Shown here one piece after another: positions 21,302-30,783 of a DNA stretch of 64,000 nt. The stretch comes from a virus. Lineage: Duplodnaviria > Caudoviricetes. Under the pieces are notes generated by a model. It searched no databases and was not told where the DNA came from. It saw only the letters and a program-made list of their open reading frames with translations. The translations under genes were made by a program, and so were the position numbers. The stretch lies in IMG/VR virus record IMGVR_UViG_3300048502_000077, positions 2,665 to 66,664 of that record; one strand, given 5' to 3'. Each line of letters opens with the position of its first letter. Within the stretch, counting starts at the first letter, position 1.

Positions 21302-22384
21302 ATGAGCGTCAAACAATTTTCCAATAACGCGACTGCTTTGCTGGCGGGTGCGATCAGCAATTCTGCGACGACGTTATCAGTCAATTCAGGGCAGGGAGCA
21401 TTATTCCCCGCGCTTGCTGCGAATCAGAATTTCACCGCGACGATCATGCATATCGTATCTGGCGTGGTGACGGCGTTGGAGATTGTGCTAGCGACGGTTC
21501 ATAGCACCGATACGTTCACGATCACACGCGCTCAGGAAGGCACTACTACCGCCGCGTGGGCGGCCGGCGACACTTTCGCGTTGCTACCGACAGCCGGTGA
21601 TATGGCCAGTTTCGCACAGTTCGATGACTTGCAGGCGCAGCGTGGCAACTACGCGATTGATTCTGGATCAGCGAATGCCTATGCGGTAAATCTTTCTCCG
21701 CCCCTAACGGCTCTCGTCATTGGTATGCCGGTGCGCTTCATTGCGCTGCATGCCAATACTTCGACTACGTGCACGCTGAATGTGAACAGCTTGGGTGCTG
21801 AACCTTTAGTGCTCGGTAATAGTCTTGCGACCCCTGCACTTCCGGTCGGTGCAATTCAGGCAGGTTCCATATACGAGGCGTATTGGACAGGATCTCAGTT
21901 CCTGATTCCAGGAGCAGCCGTCAATCTATTGCCGCGCGGCATATACAAAGACGCCAATACGGTCATCACTAATTCGTCCACGCTTGCCACGGATCCGGAT
22001 CTACAACTTCAGATTGATCCGGGTACCTATCAGGTAGAGGCGTCGCTGTTTTTCCAGCAATCAGCATCCGGATCGGCTGGTATCAAGATTGGCAGCATCT
22101 ACACCGGTACGGCGACGGCAGGGTTGGCGAACGTATCAGGCGCCATCAATGGCGCCGCATTCACTGCCGCTGCCGCTCTGATTTCTTACAACAACCAGTT
22201 CATCGGGCTCTCGCCAGTCTCAGTTGCGGGAAATATAGATTGGGTGGTTATCAAGGGAGCTGTTGTTGTATCCACAGGCGGCACGTACGCAATCCAGTGG
22301 GCTCAGGAGAATGCGAATGCGGCAATCAGTACGACGCTATTGGCCGGCAGCAGTCTGACGCTGACGCCGATCAATCAAGCGTAA
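21302..22384 (+). CDS. Tail fibre protein
   Basis: FSNNA...LAGAI.N..T.L.V.SG.GA.FP; EIV..T....DT.TI.RAQEGT.A.AW.AGD; NYA.D.G.ANAY.V.L.P; AN....TLNVN.LGA. Confidence 0.8.
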   Translation: MSVKQFSNNATALLAGAISNSATTLSVNSGQGALFPALAANQNFTATIMHIVSGVVTALEIVLATVHSTDTFTITRAQEGTTTAAWAAGDTFALLPTAGDMASFAQFDDLQAQRGNYAIDSGSANAYAVNLSPPLTALVIGMPVRFIALHANTSTTCTLNVNSLGAEPLVLGNSLATPALPVGAIQAGSIYEAYWTGSQFLIPGAAVNLLPRGIYKDANTVITNSSTLATDPDLQLQIDPGTYQVEASLFFQQSASGSAGIKIGSIYTGTATAGLANVSGAINGAAFTAAAALISYNNQFIGLSPVSVAGNIDWVVIKGAVVVSTGGTYAIQWAQENANAAISTTLLAGSSLTLTPINQA

Positions 22385-22638
22385 TGAATCCAACCGTCAT
22401 CATCGCCCTTTGCGCTCTCGCCAGCATGCTTGGCAGCGGTATCGCTGCATTTGTCGTTATGAAAGTAGGTGTCGCAAAACTGGAGACGTGGAAGGACTTT
22501 GCAGACGGCAATATCAACCGCACGATTGCGACCGTGGGGCGGCACGGAGATGACATTTTGATCCATGACGTGGAACTTGGGAATCTGCATCAGAGTCTCG
22601 GCATGGAACGCGTGCGGCGCCAAATGGTGCGGGATTGA
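22384..22638 (+). CDS. Putative holin/antiholin-like membrane protein (one TM plus coiled tail)
   Basis: Hydrophobic N-terminus IIALCALASMLGSGIAAFVVM. Directly precedes the endolysin candidate. Confidence 0.45.
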   Translation: MNPTVIIALCALASMLGSGIAAFVVMKVGVAKLETWKDFADGNINRTIATVGRHGDDILIHDVELGNLHQSLGMERVRRQMVRD

Positions 22639-23087
22639 TCGTCACCCTAAAACGCGACCCATCGCTTTCAGACCGCACACTCGGCGGTCTATTCGTGAGT
22701 ACGCTCGCGCTGCACACGCTTGAACTGCCGTGGGTGCCCTGCGAGGGCGCGCTGTGCGGTCATCCGGATCAGTCCTGCGTGCCAATAGGCACCTATTCTT
22801 TGGAACTCCATGACTCACCCACGCATCCCCAGACTTGGGCGCTCGTCAACCACGCATTAGGGGTCTACCACAGCCCAGTGGAAATACCGACCGGTACGAT
22901 TGGCCGCAGCGAGGTGCTGCTGCACGCGGGAAATTACCCGGCCGATAGCCTCGGTTGCATCCTCGTCGGGCGCTCGCGGATGGTGCTGGACGGCGAATGG
23001 ATCATCACCGGATCACGGCTCGCGATCGATGACCTTCACGCGGTTATGCCATGGGGCGTCACGGGGAATTCACTGGTCATCAGCTGA
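22635..23087 (+). CDS. DUF5675-family protein, putative endolysin
   Basis: TL.R......T.G.L......TLELPW; SC(V/I)P.G.Y; GRS..L.H.GN...D..GCILVG motif set. Confidence 0.75.
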   Translation: MIVTLKRDPSLSDRTLGGLFVSTLALHTLELPWVPCEGALCGHPDQSCVPIGTYSLELHDSPTHPQTWALVNHALGVYHSPVEIPTGTIGRSEVLLHAGNYPADSLGCILVGRSRMVLDGEWIITGSRLAIDDLHAVMPWGVTGNSLVIS

Positions 23088-23133
23088 CGCTGGTGTCAGA
23101 ATTGCGGCCACTTGTCCATAGGACGTTGTGTCA

Positions 23134-23466
23134 ATGACGCCGCCTTCACCGCCCGATGTCGAGCCTGCCGCACCGAGCCCGGCATACGCGCCATGGTATC
23201 GATCAGCCGTCATGCAGGCGGCCCTCACGATCCTGTGCACGATCGCGCTCAAGGGACTGGCGATGTGGCTCAAAAAGCATGACATAGACCTTGATCTATC
23301 GGCACTTGGATTGACGCCGGATACTCTGGCGGACTACATCGTCGTGACGGTGATTCCGGCTGCACTCGGATACGCCGTTCATGGCCGAACGTCAAAGCCA
23401 TTGCCGACGCTGACGCTGACCAAGGCGGCAGCGGACACCGCAAATTCATCCGTTCCACCAAAGTAG
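23134..23466 (+). CDS. Putative holin (two hydrophobic segments)
   Basis: PWYRSAVMQAALTILCTIAL... and ADYIVVTVIPAALGYAVHGR. Follows the endolysin. Confidence 0.5.
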   Translation: MTPPSPPDVEPAAPSPAYAPWYRSAVMQAALTILCTIALKGLAMWLKKHDIDLDLSALGLTPDTLADYIVVTVIPAALGYAVHGRTSKPLPTLTLTKAAADTANSSVPPK

Positions 23467-23476
23467 GAGATCCACG

Positions 23477-23908
23477 ATGCCCCTTCAGTTCAATGTCCCG
23501 CCCGCTCAGTTCGCAGCTGAAATCACGACGCTAATCGCGTTGCGTGTGAAATCGACTGGGAGCGCCGATGTTCAGGCGCGTGCTGCTCGCGCCATGCAGT
23601 TTGCTGCGGCCTTCACGGCCATCAGCACCGGCGACGCCACGACGGCTGTAGCGGACTTCCAGCAGGCAGTTCTGACGCCGTCGTCGGATCCAGGGATCGC
23701 ATTGCTCGAGGCGCAGTTCGCCCAACTGGGCGCGAGCGTCCTGCAGGTCGAACTCAATGTGATCAATGCGGAACCGGTGATCAATGAAGAGGTCAAGGGC
23801 TACGCAGCCGAGGCCGCCGCCGGCATCACGGCGATTGCCTCAGCGTATCTGCCTGCGCCCGCTCCGACCCCGGCGGCGAAAGATCACGTCATCACTCCGC
23901 CGGCCTGA
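23477..23908 (+). CDS. Hypothetical Ala-rich helical protein
   Basis: AGGAG RBS; 143-aa ORF in the lysis cassette. Confidence 0.55.
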   Translation: MPLQFNVPPAQFAAEITTLIALRVKSTGSADVQARAARAMQFAAAFTAISTGDATTAVADFQQAVLTPSSDPGIALLEAQFAQLGASVLQVELNVINAEPVINEEVKGYAAEAAAGITAIASAYLPAPAPTPAAKDHVITPPA

Positions 23909-23977
23909 CCGTCTCCCCCTCGCCGCGCACCGGAGACACACAAGCCCGGTGACGCGGCATTTTTTGGAGCGTGTGAA

Positions 23978-24757
23978 ATGAAATTCGGAAGGCTGCCGCG
24001 CAAATTCGATCCTCGCGTACCACATTGGTCGGCGCTACGATATGCGGCCACGCCATTGCCACAGGCTCCGGCATCCGAGAGTTACACCGCAACCATCCCC
24101 GATATCCAGATGTTGGGCAACGACGTATATGGAGATTGCGCTTGCGCTGGCGCATACCATCTGTTGCAACTATGGCAATGGAACGCGAGCCGAACGATGC
24201 CAGCCGCCGGCACGGAGCAGGCACTGCAGTTGTACTCCGAAGTCACCGGATTCAACATCAATGCAGGGCCGCCGGATAAAAACCCGACAGACCAAGGCAC
24301 TGCGTTACAGGATCTTCTCGCGTACTGGCTCAATACCGGAATTCCGCTGGCGGACGGATCACGGCACAAGATCCTCGCCTATTTCGAGATCGATCCGCTC
24401 AACGTCGCAGACTTGAATCTAGCGACTGCTGAAAGCGCTGGGCTCTACACTGGATGGAACGTGCCAGCCTACGTTCAGCAGCAAATGTCGCCGGGCGCGG
24501 TGTGGAACACCGGAGCAGATTCAACGACGGTCGGCGGACATTGCACCGTGAGCGGCGGATACTCGGTCAACGGCGACCGCGAAGCGGAGTCATGGGGCTC
24601 GACCCATTACACGATGACGGAATTGTTCTGGCAGAAACAGGTAGAGGAAGTCTACGTCCTTATCAGCCCTGAATTCATGCAGACGAGCGGCAATACGCCA
24701 TTCGGTATCTCACTTGAGGACTGGCAAACTCAGATGTTGGCGCTTCAGTCTGAATAG
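23978..24757 (+). CDS. Papain-like cysteine peptidase
   Basis: MLGND.YGDCACAG (catalytic Cys) and VGGHCT (His), followed by SWG. Also contains D.GT.L.D.L.YW...G. Confidence 0.7.
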   Translation: MKFGRLPRKFDPRVPHWSALRYAATPLPQAPASESYTATIPDIQMLGNDVYGDCACAGAYHLLQLWQWNASRTMPAAGTEQALQLYSEVTGFNINAGPPDKNPTDQGTALQDLLAYWLNTGIPLADGSRHKILAYFEIDPLNVADLNLATAESAGLYTGWNVPAYVQQQMSPGAVWNTGADSTTVGGHCTVSGGYSVNGDREAESWGSTHYTMTELFWQKQVEEVYVLISPEFMQTSGNTPFGISLEDWQTQMLALQSE

Positions 24758-24760
24758 CTT

Positions 24761-25642
24761 GTGAGCGCTCCAGACCTCAAAGCTGACGCGGCCCTCGGCG
24801 CGCTCGCTGGCATCGCCTTCGACATGTTTACGCAGGGCGTATTGGCACCTGCGCCTGATCCTCGCCTATCTCCAGAATGGCTCATTCGCGGCTATATCAC
24901 CGCCCTTGATGCCATCCTTCCGCGGTTCGGGCCGCTGCAACTCGGTGAAAAAGCCTACTACGGATTCTTGGCTGAATCTGTCGGCACTCCTGGCCGGTTC
25001 GTTGCGACGATCCGCGGGACGGCGGACCTCACGGAGTGGGGAATAGATGCGATGTTCACGCTGACGCCACATCACACGGGCGGAAGAGTGGAACTGGGCT
25101 TCAGCGGACTGTATCAGACGATGCGCTACCGCCCTGTCACGCCAGGAGCGCCGGATAGCCCTATGGCGCCGGGCTTGGCGGCAGCCGTTGGGCAGGGCAG
25201 CCTGACGGTGATCGGCCATAGTCTGGGCTCAGCGTTGGCTACGTTGGCGACATTGGACATGGTGCTCATCCATGGCATGGAAGATCGGGTGCGCGGCAGA
25301 TTCTTCTGTTCGCCGAAGGTTGGCGATGCGGCCTTTGTCGATACGTTCGCTTTCTACGTCAAGGATGCGGCCGGGTATATCCTGCCGGGCGACATAGTAC
25401 CAATGGTCCCGAAGGGACTTGGATATACGCAACTTCGCTGCACTATTACGGTCGGACCGGACATCGCACAGTCCGTGATCAAAGACAGCCGCCTATGCTT
25501 TCATCACATCTACAGCATCCTGAGCGCGATGGATTTTGACCTGATGAACTGGGCATCTGTGCCGGCAGTGGATCGGGATCTGACGGCCTGTATTTTGGGC
25601 CCTAAGTCTCCGGGGCCTCTCGGCGCGGCCCCATCCGTTTGA
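24761..25642 (+). CDS. Class-3 lipase (alpha/beta hydrolase)
   Basis: V..IRGT....EW..D; V..GF..LY; LTVIGHSLGSALATL (GxSxG); F.SPKVGD..F; D.VP.VP; terminal HH. Confidence 0.85.
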   Translation: MSAPDLKADAALGALAGIAFDMFTQGVLAPAPDPRLSPEWLIRGYITALDAILPRFGPLQLGEKAYYGFLAESVGTPGRFVATIRGTADLTEWGIDAMFTLTPHHTGGRVELGFSGLYQTMRYRPVTPGAPDSPMAPGLAAAVGQGSLTVIGHSLGSALATLATLDMVLIHGMEDRVRGRFFCSPKVGDAAFVDTFAFYVKDAAGYILPGDIVPMVPKGLGYTQLRCTITVGPDIAQSVIKDSRLCFHHIYSILSAMDFDLMNWASVPAVDRDLTACILGPKSPGPLGAAPSV

Positions 25643-25972
25643 TTGAAGAAAAGCGCCTGTCGCCGACATAGACCCCTGCGGACATCGCTCGCCGAAGCGA
25701 GCGGGAGGTTAGGCATCGGGTTTGAATCCACATCCACGACCGCCGTAGTCACCGGGTTAGGGTGCATCGCTCATCACGCACGGCGCAGACCTAAGATTCA
25801 GTGACTCAATCCTCCGCAGTACATCGCACAGGCATTCGCGGTTGGCTTTCCCGAGCTGTGGCGACTCACGACCTGAGCCACAGTCGAGAGTATGTCGGAC
25901 GCCGCCTCAATCGTCATTGTGTCAATCGGCTCGCATATACTCCCCCTTGACAATCTTGATCGGTGTTATGCC

Positions 25973-28447
25973 ATGAGAAAACTGCTGTTGTGGGTGCTCG
26001 CGCTGACTTGCGCAAGTGCGATTGCTCAAACTCAACCTGAGACCCGATCGGGATCGATCGTCGTGGGGCAGCCCACTCAGGACAATAAAGGCCCTGGGTC
26101 CATCAATGCGCAGTCGATCTATGTCAACGGCGTTGCAGTGGGCACCGGCGGCGGTACGGTCACGACTTCCGGCACGCCGGCATCGGGCAATATCGCCGCG
26201 TTCTCGAGCCCGAACGCTATCACGCCCGCGACGGCGGCTCAGGTCGCAGGTCTGTGGACGGGAACTGGATCCGGATCGAATTGTCTCGGTGGCAACGGGG
26301 CTTTGATCGCGTGCGGCGGTACAGTCGGCAGCGGCACCGCCGGCCAAGTGGCCGTTTACTCCAGCACCGGGACAGTAGTGGCGGGCAGTTCGACCCTAGA
26401 CCCCAATACCACGTCCGCGACCTCCATTACGGAGATCATCGCTCTCAACACTGCCGCCACGCCTATTTACGTCCCTGCTGGCGTCTATACGGTGCCCGGC
26501 AGTTACACCACCGGGGCTCCCCTCACCATCTCAGTGCCGATACAGTTCGCTCCTGGCGCCCAAATCGTGTGCAGCGGGACGAACCTTCATTTTACCAATA
26601 CGGTCACAGCCGGGCGTTATATGACGTTTCAGAGCGGATGCACTCCGCTTTTCAATATGAGCCAGCACCCAGGAGGTCAAGCACCAGTGGAGTGGTGGGG
26701 GGCGGTTGCTGACTACGCCAACGGAGGAACTGGCACTGGAACGGACAACGGGCCGGCCATAGCGGCCGCTTTGGCAAGTCTGGCTAACGGCAATGCAAAT
26801 CTTAGCTTTTGCGGCAACTATCGGTACGCAACCGGGATTTCCAGCGCGTCCGGCCAGATCCGGCTGGCTGGGTGTGGCGGCAATAGTTCGCTGTTATGGT
26901 TCGATGATCCTGCTGGCACAAATGATGCGATCTATGACAATGGAGGCGCTAAGTGGGTCATTGACAGCCTCACGGTTCAGGCGATTCAGGCCCATACCGC
27001 AGGAGCGTGCATACACGCTCGCAATGCTTCGTATTTTCAGATCCGTAATTCTTTCGTAGGGAATAATTGCTGGCAGTCCGTCTGGTGGGAAGCTACAGCT
27101 AGCTCCGGTCAAATGGTACAGCCAGCAATCCTTAATACCAATCTCCAAAGCGCCATCAATGACAATCTCTATATCTCAGCAGCTTCAGGCGGTTCCATTG
27201 TTGACTATGTGATCGACAAGCCAAGCTACATCTTGAATGCCGGGAACGCAGGCATAGAGGCGACTGGTGCTACGTTTGGATATATTGATGCGCGTGCCAT
27301 CTACAACAACAATCATGGCATTCTGACTGACACCTCCGGGTCCGGATTCTTCATGACCGGAACCAGTGTCGATACCAATACGGGCGGCAATAGTTTCACG
27401 GGCCTCTCTAATTCAAAATTTACGGGAGTGCATTTCGGTAATAGCGGCACCACCACGTGCACATTGTGCGTGAACATCACAGAGACAGGATCCGATTACA
27501 CAGGGAACGGCACGACCAATCTAACCCAGCTCCAATTACTTGGAGTCACGCAGTACAATCAAGTCGGCGCGGTATATGGCGGCAACGGCACTGCGCCAGT
27601 TACCATCAGCCCCAGTGGCTCGACTGGCTCTACGATAGTTAGCATCACCACTGCGACGACGAACAACGGGTCTGGCAATCTGGTCACCTTTTCTGGCAGC
27701 CCAACTGCGGACCATGTGACGTTGGAGGCCCAGCTTTCAACCGGGGGCGGCGCACTCTATACCGGCAGTCCGACGAATTTGACGGTGATTGGCCCTGCGA
27801 TGCAGGTGGCAGGCATGGTCACCTCGGGGGCTGGCGCTCCGACTCTAGGAGCGGGCCAGATATCGTATGGCGCGACATCTGCTCCAACTCTTACCGGAGC
27901 TAACGGTACGGGCGAGGTTCGAGTCAGTTCCGCAAATGGGCTCATTCTGGGCGGCAACGGCAGCGCCGAGGACGTGACGATTGTGGATCACAACGGCACT
28001 GTAGTGTGGCAGATCTCCACTGGAGGGCTCACCGCCCAAATGCCCAATATTCCATCCGATGCTACCCACACTACTGCTACGGTCTGCAAGGACACCACGA
28101 CCAACAGTTTCCTATTTGGATCCGGCACTGCGGGAATATGCCTTGGCACCTCCAGCGCTCGTTACAAGCACGATAGAGAGCCTTTGGAATATGGCCTCAA
28201 CGCCGTCATGGCGCTTGATCCTATCAGCTATGAGTTGAATGCCGATCACGGCGATCCTAACAAGGTGCTTTTTGGATTTACTGCCGAACAGATGCAACCG
28301 GTTATCCCAGAGCTTGTGGGATTGGATGCTGAGGGCAAACCGAACACGGCCGACTACCTCGGGCTCGTGCCGGTCTTGGTGAAAGCCGTGCAGGAACAGC
28401 AGAAGGAGATCGAACTGCTGAAGCGGAAGCTCAGGACGCTCCATTGA
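25973..28447 (+). CDS. Signal-peptide tailspike: beta-helix plus C-terminal intramolecular chaperone (peptidase S74)
   Basis: MRKLLLWVLALTCASAIA/QTQ; VEWWGAVAD.....GTDN.PAI.AA; ends SSARYKHD..PL..GL..V..L.P..Y.........GF.AE.....PELV......YLGLVPVLVKAVQEQQKEIE.LK. Confidence 0.85.
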   Translation: MRKLLLWVLALTCASAIAQTQPETRSGSIVVGQPTQDNKGPGSINAQSIYVNGVAVGTGGGTVTTSGTPASGNIAAFSSPNAITPATAAQVAGLWTGTGSGSNCLGGNGALIACGGTVGSGTAGQVAVYSSTGTVVAGSSTLDPNTTSATSITEIIALNTAATPIYVPAGVYTVPGSYTTGAPLTISVPIQFAPGAQIVCSGTNLHFTNTVTAGRYMTFQSGCTPLFNMSQHPGGQAPVEWWGAVADYANGGTGTGTDNGPAIAAALASLANGNANLSFCGNYRYATGISSASGQIRLAGCGGNSSLLWFDDPAGTNDAIYDNGGAKWVIDSLTVQAIQAHTAGACIHARNASYFQIRNSFVGNNCWQSVWWEATASSGQMVQPAILNTNLQSAINDNLYISAASGGSIVDYVIDKPSYILNAGNAGIEATGATFGYIDARAIYNNNHGILTDTSGSGFFMTGTSVDTNTGGNSFTGLSNSKFTGVHFGNSGTTTCTLCVNITETGSDYTGNGTTNLTQLQLLGVTQYNQVGAVYGGNGTAPVTISPSGSTGSTIVSITTATTNNGSGNLVTFSGSPTADHVTLEAQLSTGGGALYTGSPTNLTVIGPAMQVAGMVTSGAGAPTLGAGQISYGATSAPTLTGANGTGEVRVSSANGLILGGNGSAEDVTIVDHNGTVVWQISTGGLTAQMPNIPSDATHTTATVCKDTTTNSFLFGSGTAGICLGTSSARYKHDREPLEYGLNAVMALDPISYELNADHGDPNKVLFGFTAEQMQPVIPELVGLDAEGKPNTADYLGLVPVLVKAVQEQQKEIELLKRKLRTLH

Positions 28448-28625
28448 CAGCCACCCCACACCCAGCCGCGCCCACGATCCCCGCAGGGGTCGCGACTTCG
28501 ACGCCCCGCATCTGGCAAGGGCACAAGGGCTGGCCATTCTGAGGGCCGATGCAATTGCACATTTGCGTCAAAGGCACATCGCCCAGGCTCTTGGTCAGCC
28601 CTGTCCACTTAGCCAAATCGTTCAC
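28431..28625 (-). CDS. Small Cys-rich phage hypothetical protein
   Basis: CNCIGPQNGQPLCPCQMR motif. Last gene of the leftward early cluster. Confidence 0.55.
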   Translation of the reverse strand: MNDLAKWTGLTKSLGDVPLTQMCNCIGPQNGQPLCPCQMRGVEVATPAGIVGAAGCGVAVNGAS

Positions 28626-28852
28626 GAATTCTCTCCTGTAGGCGCTGGTAATGTAACGGCCGTCCCGGCGCCCATGTTGAGGACGATCTGCGTCTTGATG
28701 ACCAGATCACCGTTATCGAGCAATTGCCAAGAACAGTGCTTCGGCAGAATCTCCGCATGCAGCTCTCCGCGACTGTCTTGGTGAAGCCACCAAGTTGTAC
28801 CAGTGCTGTGCTCGTAGCTCATGACCTCACGCGGCTTCTTTTCGTCATTCAC
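28622..28852 (-). CDS. Hypothetical protein
   Basis: Overlapping start/stop coupling with neighbours; GGAG RBS. Confidence 0.5.
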   Translation of the reverse strand: MNDEKKPREVMSYEHSTGTTWWLHQDSRGELHAEILPKHCSWQLLDNGDLVIKTQIVLNMGAGTAVTLPAPTGENS

Positions 28853-29707
28853 GGCTTTTCACCTGTAGGCAAAGACGAGGCGACGCGCGTATTGACCTTG
28901 CGTCGTGGCATGTGCTGCACCAGCAACCGACATACGGTATGCCTGGATCTTTTGCCCAGTGTCTGGCAAGGCACATTGGGTCTGCAGCCTCTTTCTCAGT
29001 GACTATAAATTGCGCGTTTGCCTTGGTCATTTTGTATTACGGCTGTGGGTTTAGCGAACGATTGCCTGTGGGTCGGTCTCAGGCTCATAGCGGAGACAGT
29101 GCACGCTTCCATCAGTGGTAACTGGGTCAATCTCAATGCAGCGCTGCGACGGCTGCTCTATCCGATAATGCACGCACGCGCCGTGGCCAGATTTCTCAAG
29201 GAACGCGACACACGCGGCTTTGTCGGCAAACGCAGATTACCGGAGGATTGGCAGGCTCCGTTCCGTTAGGATGAGTGAACTGCGTCATCATCAATAGCCA
29301 TATTTCAATCACGGGTCGTTCCCTTTTGTAGGCACAGCCAACTGACGCTCTTCACACACGTACGTCTGTGGAGGCGAGCTGGTTAGCGTCAGATGCGGAT
29401 TGTTGTCCTCGCACACTTCGTGCGACAAGAAAACCTCAACCCGAGTAGCGTTCTGTATGTTCGTCGATACCGGGACATACGTGCATTCGTGATGCGGTAC
29501 ACAGGTCATCAGCATTAGTACCCAGACATTCATATTGGTTCCTACGTGGGGAGGTTGACTTGGACAACAATATACGGGTATTCGACTTCGCCCCAATTGC
29601 TCACCGACGGTTTTCCAACCATTCACAAAATGGGCGCATGACATAGTGCAGGAACATCGCGAACCATAGCGGAATTCCCGCACCGATCAGATTGAGCATG
29701 AAATGCT

Positions 29708-29941
29708 TCACGGCTTTGGGTTTGTAGGCTCTGGAAATGGATGAGCGCGTCGCTGGCGCTCCAGTTCTATGTAATCGCGGCAGGAATAAAACACCTGCCC
29801 GCTGGCTGTAACTGGCGGCGCGACCGAATACATACGAGTCACGTCAATCTCCCGCCTGCGCCGACGGGCTATCCGCAGGACCAGGGATAGTGTGGATGCG
29901 AGGGCGGTCCAGCAGAGGAGAGCGAGTGTCAGCTTATTCAT
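29708..29941 (-). CDS. Small membrane protein
   Basis: N-terminal TM followed by RRRRR; coupled to neighbours. Confidence 0.5.
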   Translation of the reverse strand: MNKLTLALLCWTALASTLSLVLRIARRRRREIDVTRMYSVAPPVTASGQVFYSCRDYIELERQRRAHPFPEPTNPKP

Positions 29942-30141
29942 TTCTTCGGCTCCTGACGGCGTTCACACCACGCAAACTGCGGCATACGGTTATCAACATA
30001 CTTGGTCAGCGCACGCTCGCAAGCTATCTGCGTAGGTGTCGCGGCCACATAATTGGTTAAGATATAGCCGCTAGGCATCATCACGAAAATCCATCCGGCC
30101 CACCAGATCATGGCTTCTCTCCCGTTTGAGAAGTGCTGCAC
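29938..30141 (-). CDS. Small membrane protein
   Basis: MIWWAGWIFVMMPSG; coupled ORF. Confidence 0.45.
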   Translation of the reverse strand: MQHFSNGREAMIWWAGWIFVMMPSGYILTNYVAATPTQIACERALTKYVDNRMPQFAWCERRQEPKK

Positions 30142-30367
30142 TTCGGACTATGAACTGGGCAGTCATCGTTTAGCGCCCCATTGATGCACTGGCATATCAC
30201 CGGCGGTTTCGGCATAGGCGTCTTTCGCATCCGTTCCTCGCTCATCCTGTCAGCCATAGTCGCCAAGTTTTCGGCGCTACGCGCCAGCATGTTGGCGCGG
30301 TCCCGCATGTCCTCCGCGACCGCGTAGTAGGCATCAATCAGATCCAGGACGTTCTCCCACGGTTAGA

Positions 30368-30580
30368 CTAAGGCCAAGGCCAAACGTGGCGCAGCATCAG
30401 ATAGTGCCCACACCAGCCAAAGGCCCAAAACAGCCCGATTGTTCCGAATACCATCACGGTATACGCCGCCGCATCTTTGAAGTCGTCCGCCCCAAATATC
30501 GCGCCGATGACCATCAGCAGCACGAAGCCACCGCCGCAAATGGTGATTGCCCAAAACAGCAGACTAGCGATTAGCAACAT
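30368..30580 (-). CDS. Two-TM membrane protein
   Basis: Strongly hydrophobic 70-aa ORF with ATG at 30580. Confidence 0.55.
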   Translation of the reverse strand: MLLIASLLFWAITICGGGFVLLMVIGAIFGADDFKDAAAYTVMVFGTIGLFWAFGWCGHYLMLRHVWPWP

Positions 30581-30783
30581 CACTTCTGTTCTGCGCTGGG
30601 AACGGGTCGCCAGAGCGTTGGCGTGTAGTAGACGTACATGGAATTTTCGCCGGGAGTGAACCACAGCCGACCTCGCCTACGAAGTGTTGCCTCGTTTCTG
30701 CACCCATCGCGGTTGTCGATTTTGGTCTCGACCAGTTCGCCATCAGGGGGCAAGTCGAATAGTGTTTCTTTCCATTCGCTCAT
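30580..30783 (-). CDS. Conserved phage hypothetical protein
   Basis: LPP.GE.VETKID...G.RNE..L.R.GRLWF......YVYYTPT.WR. Confidence 0.65.
   Translation of the reverse strand: MSEWKETLFDLPPDGELVETKIDNRDGCRNEATLRRRGRLWFTPGENSMYVYYTPTLWRPVPSAEQK

Noticed and set aside
25667-25677. 11-nt match (AGGGGTCTATG) between the array 3' end and this minus-strand site
   Set aside because: Both read as a Shine-Dalgarno plus ATG. It is a post hoc single short match, not evidence of targeting.
28447-28472. Five GGNNN pentamers on the minus strand (GGCGC GGCTG GGTGT GGGGT GGCTG) as a second guide array
   Set aside because: Only five units, inside an ORF end, with no adjacent RAMP gene. A run this short is expected by chance in a GC-rich 64 kb sequence.
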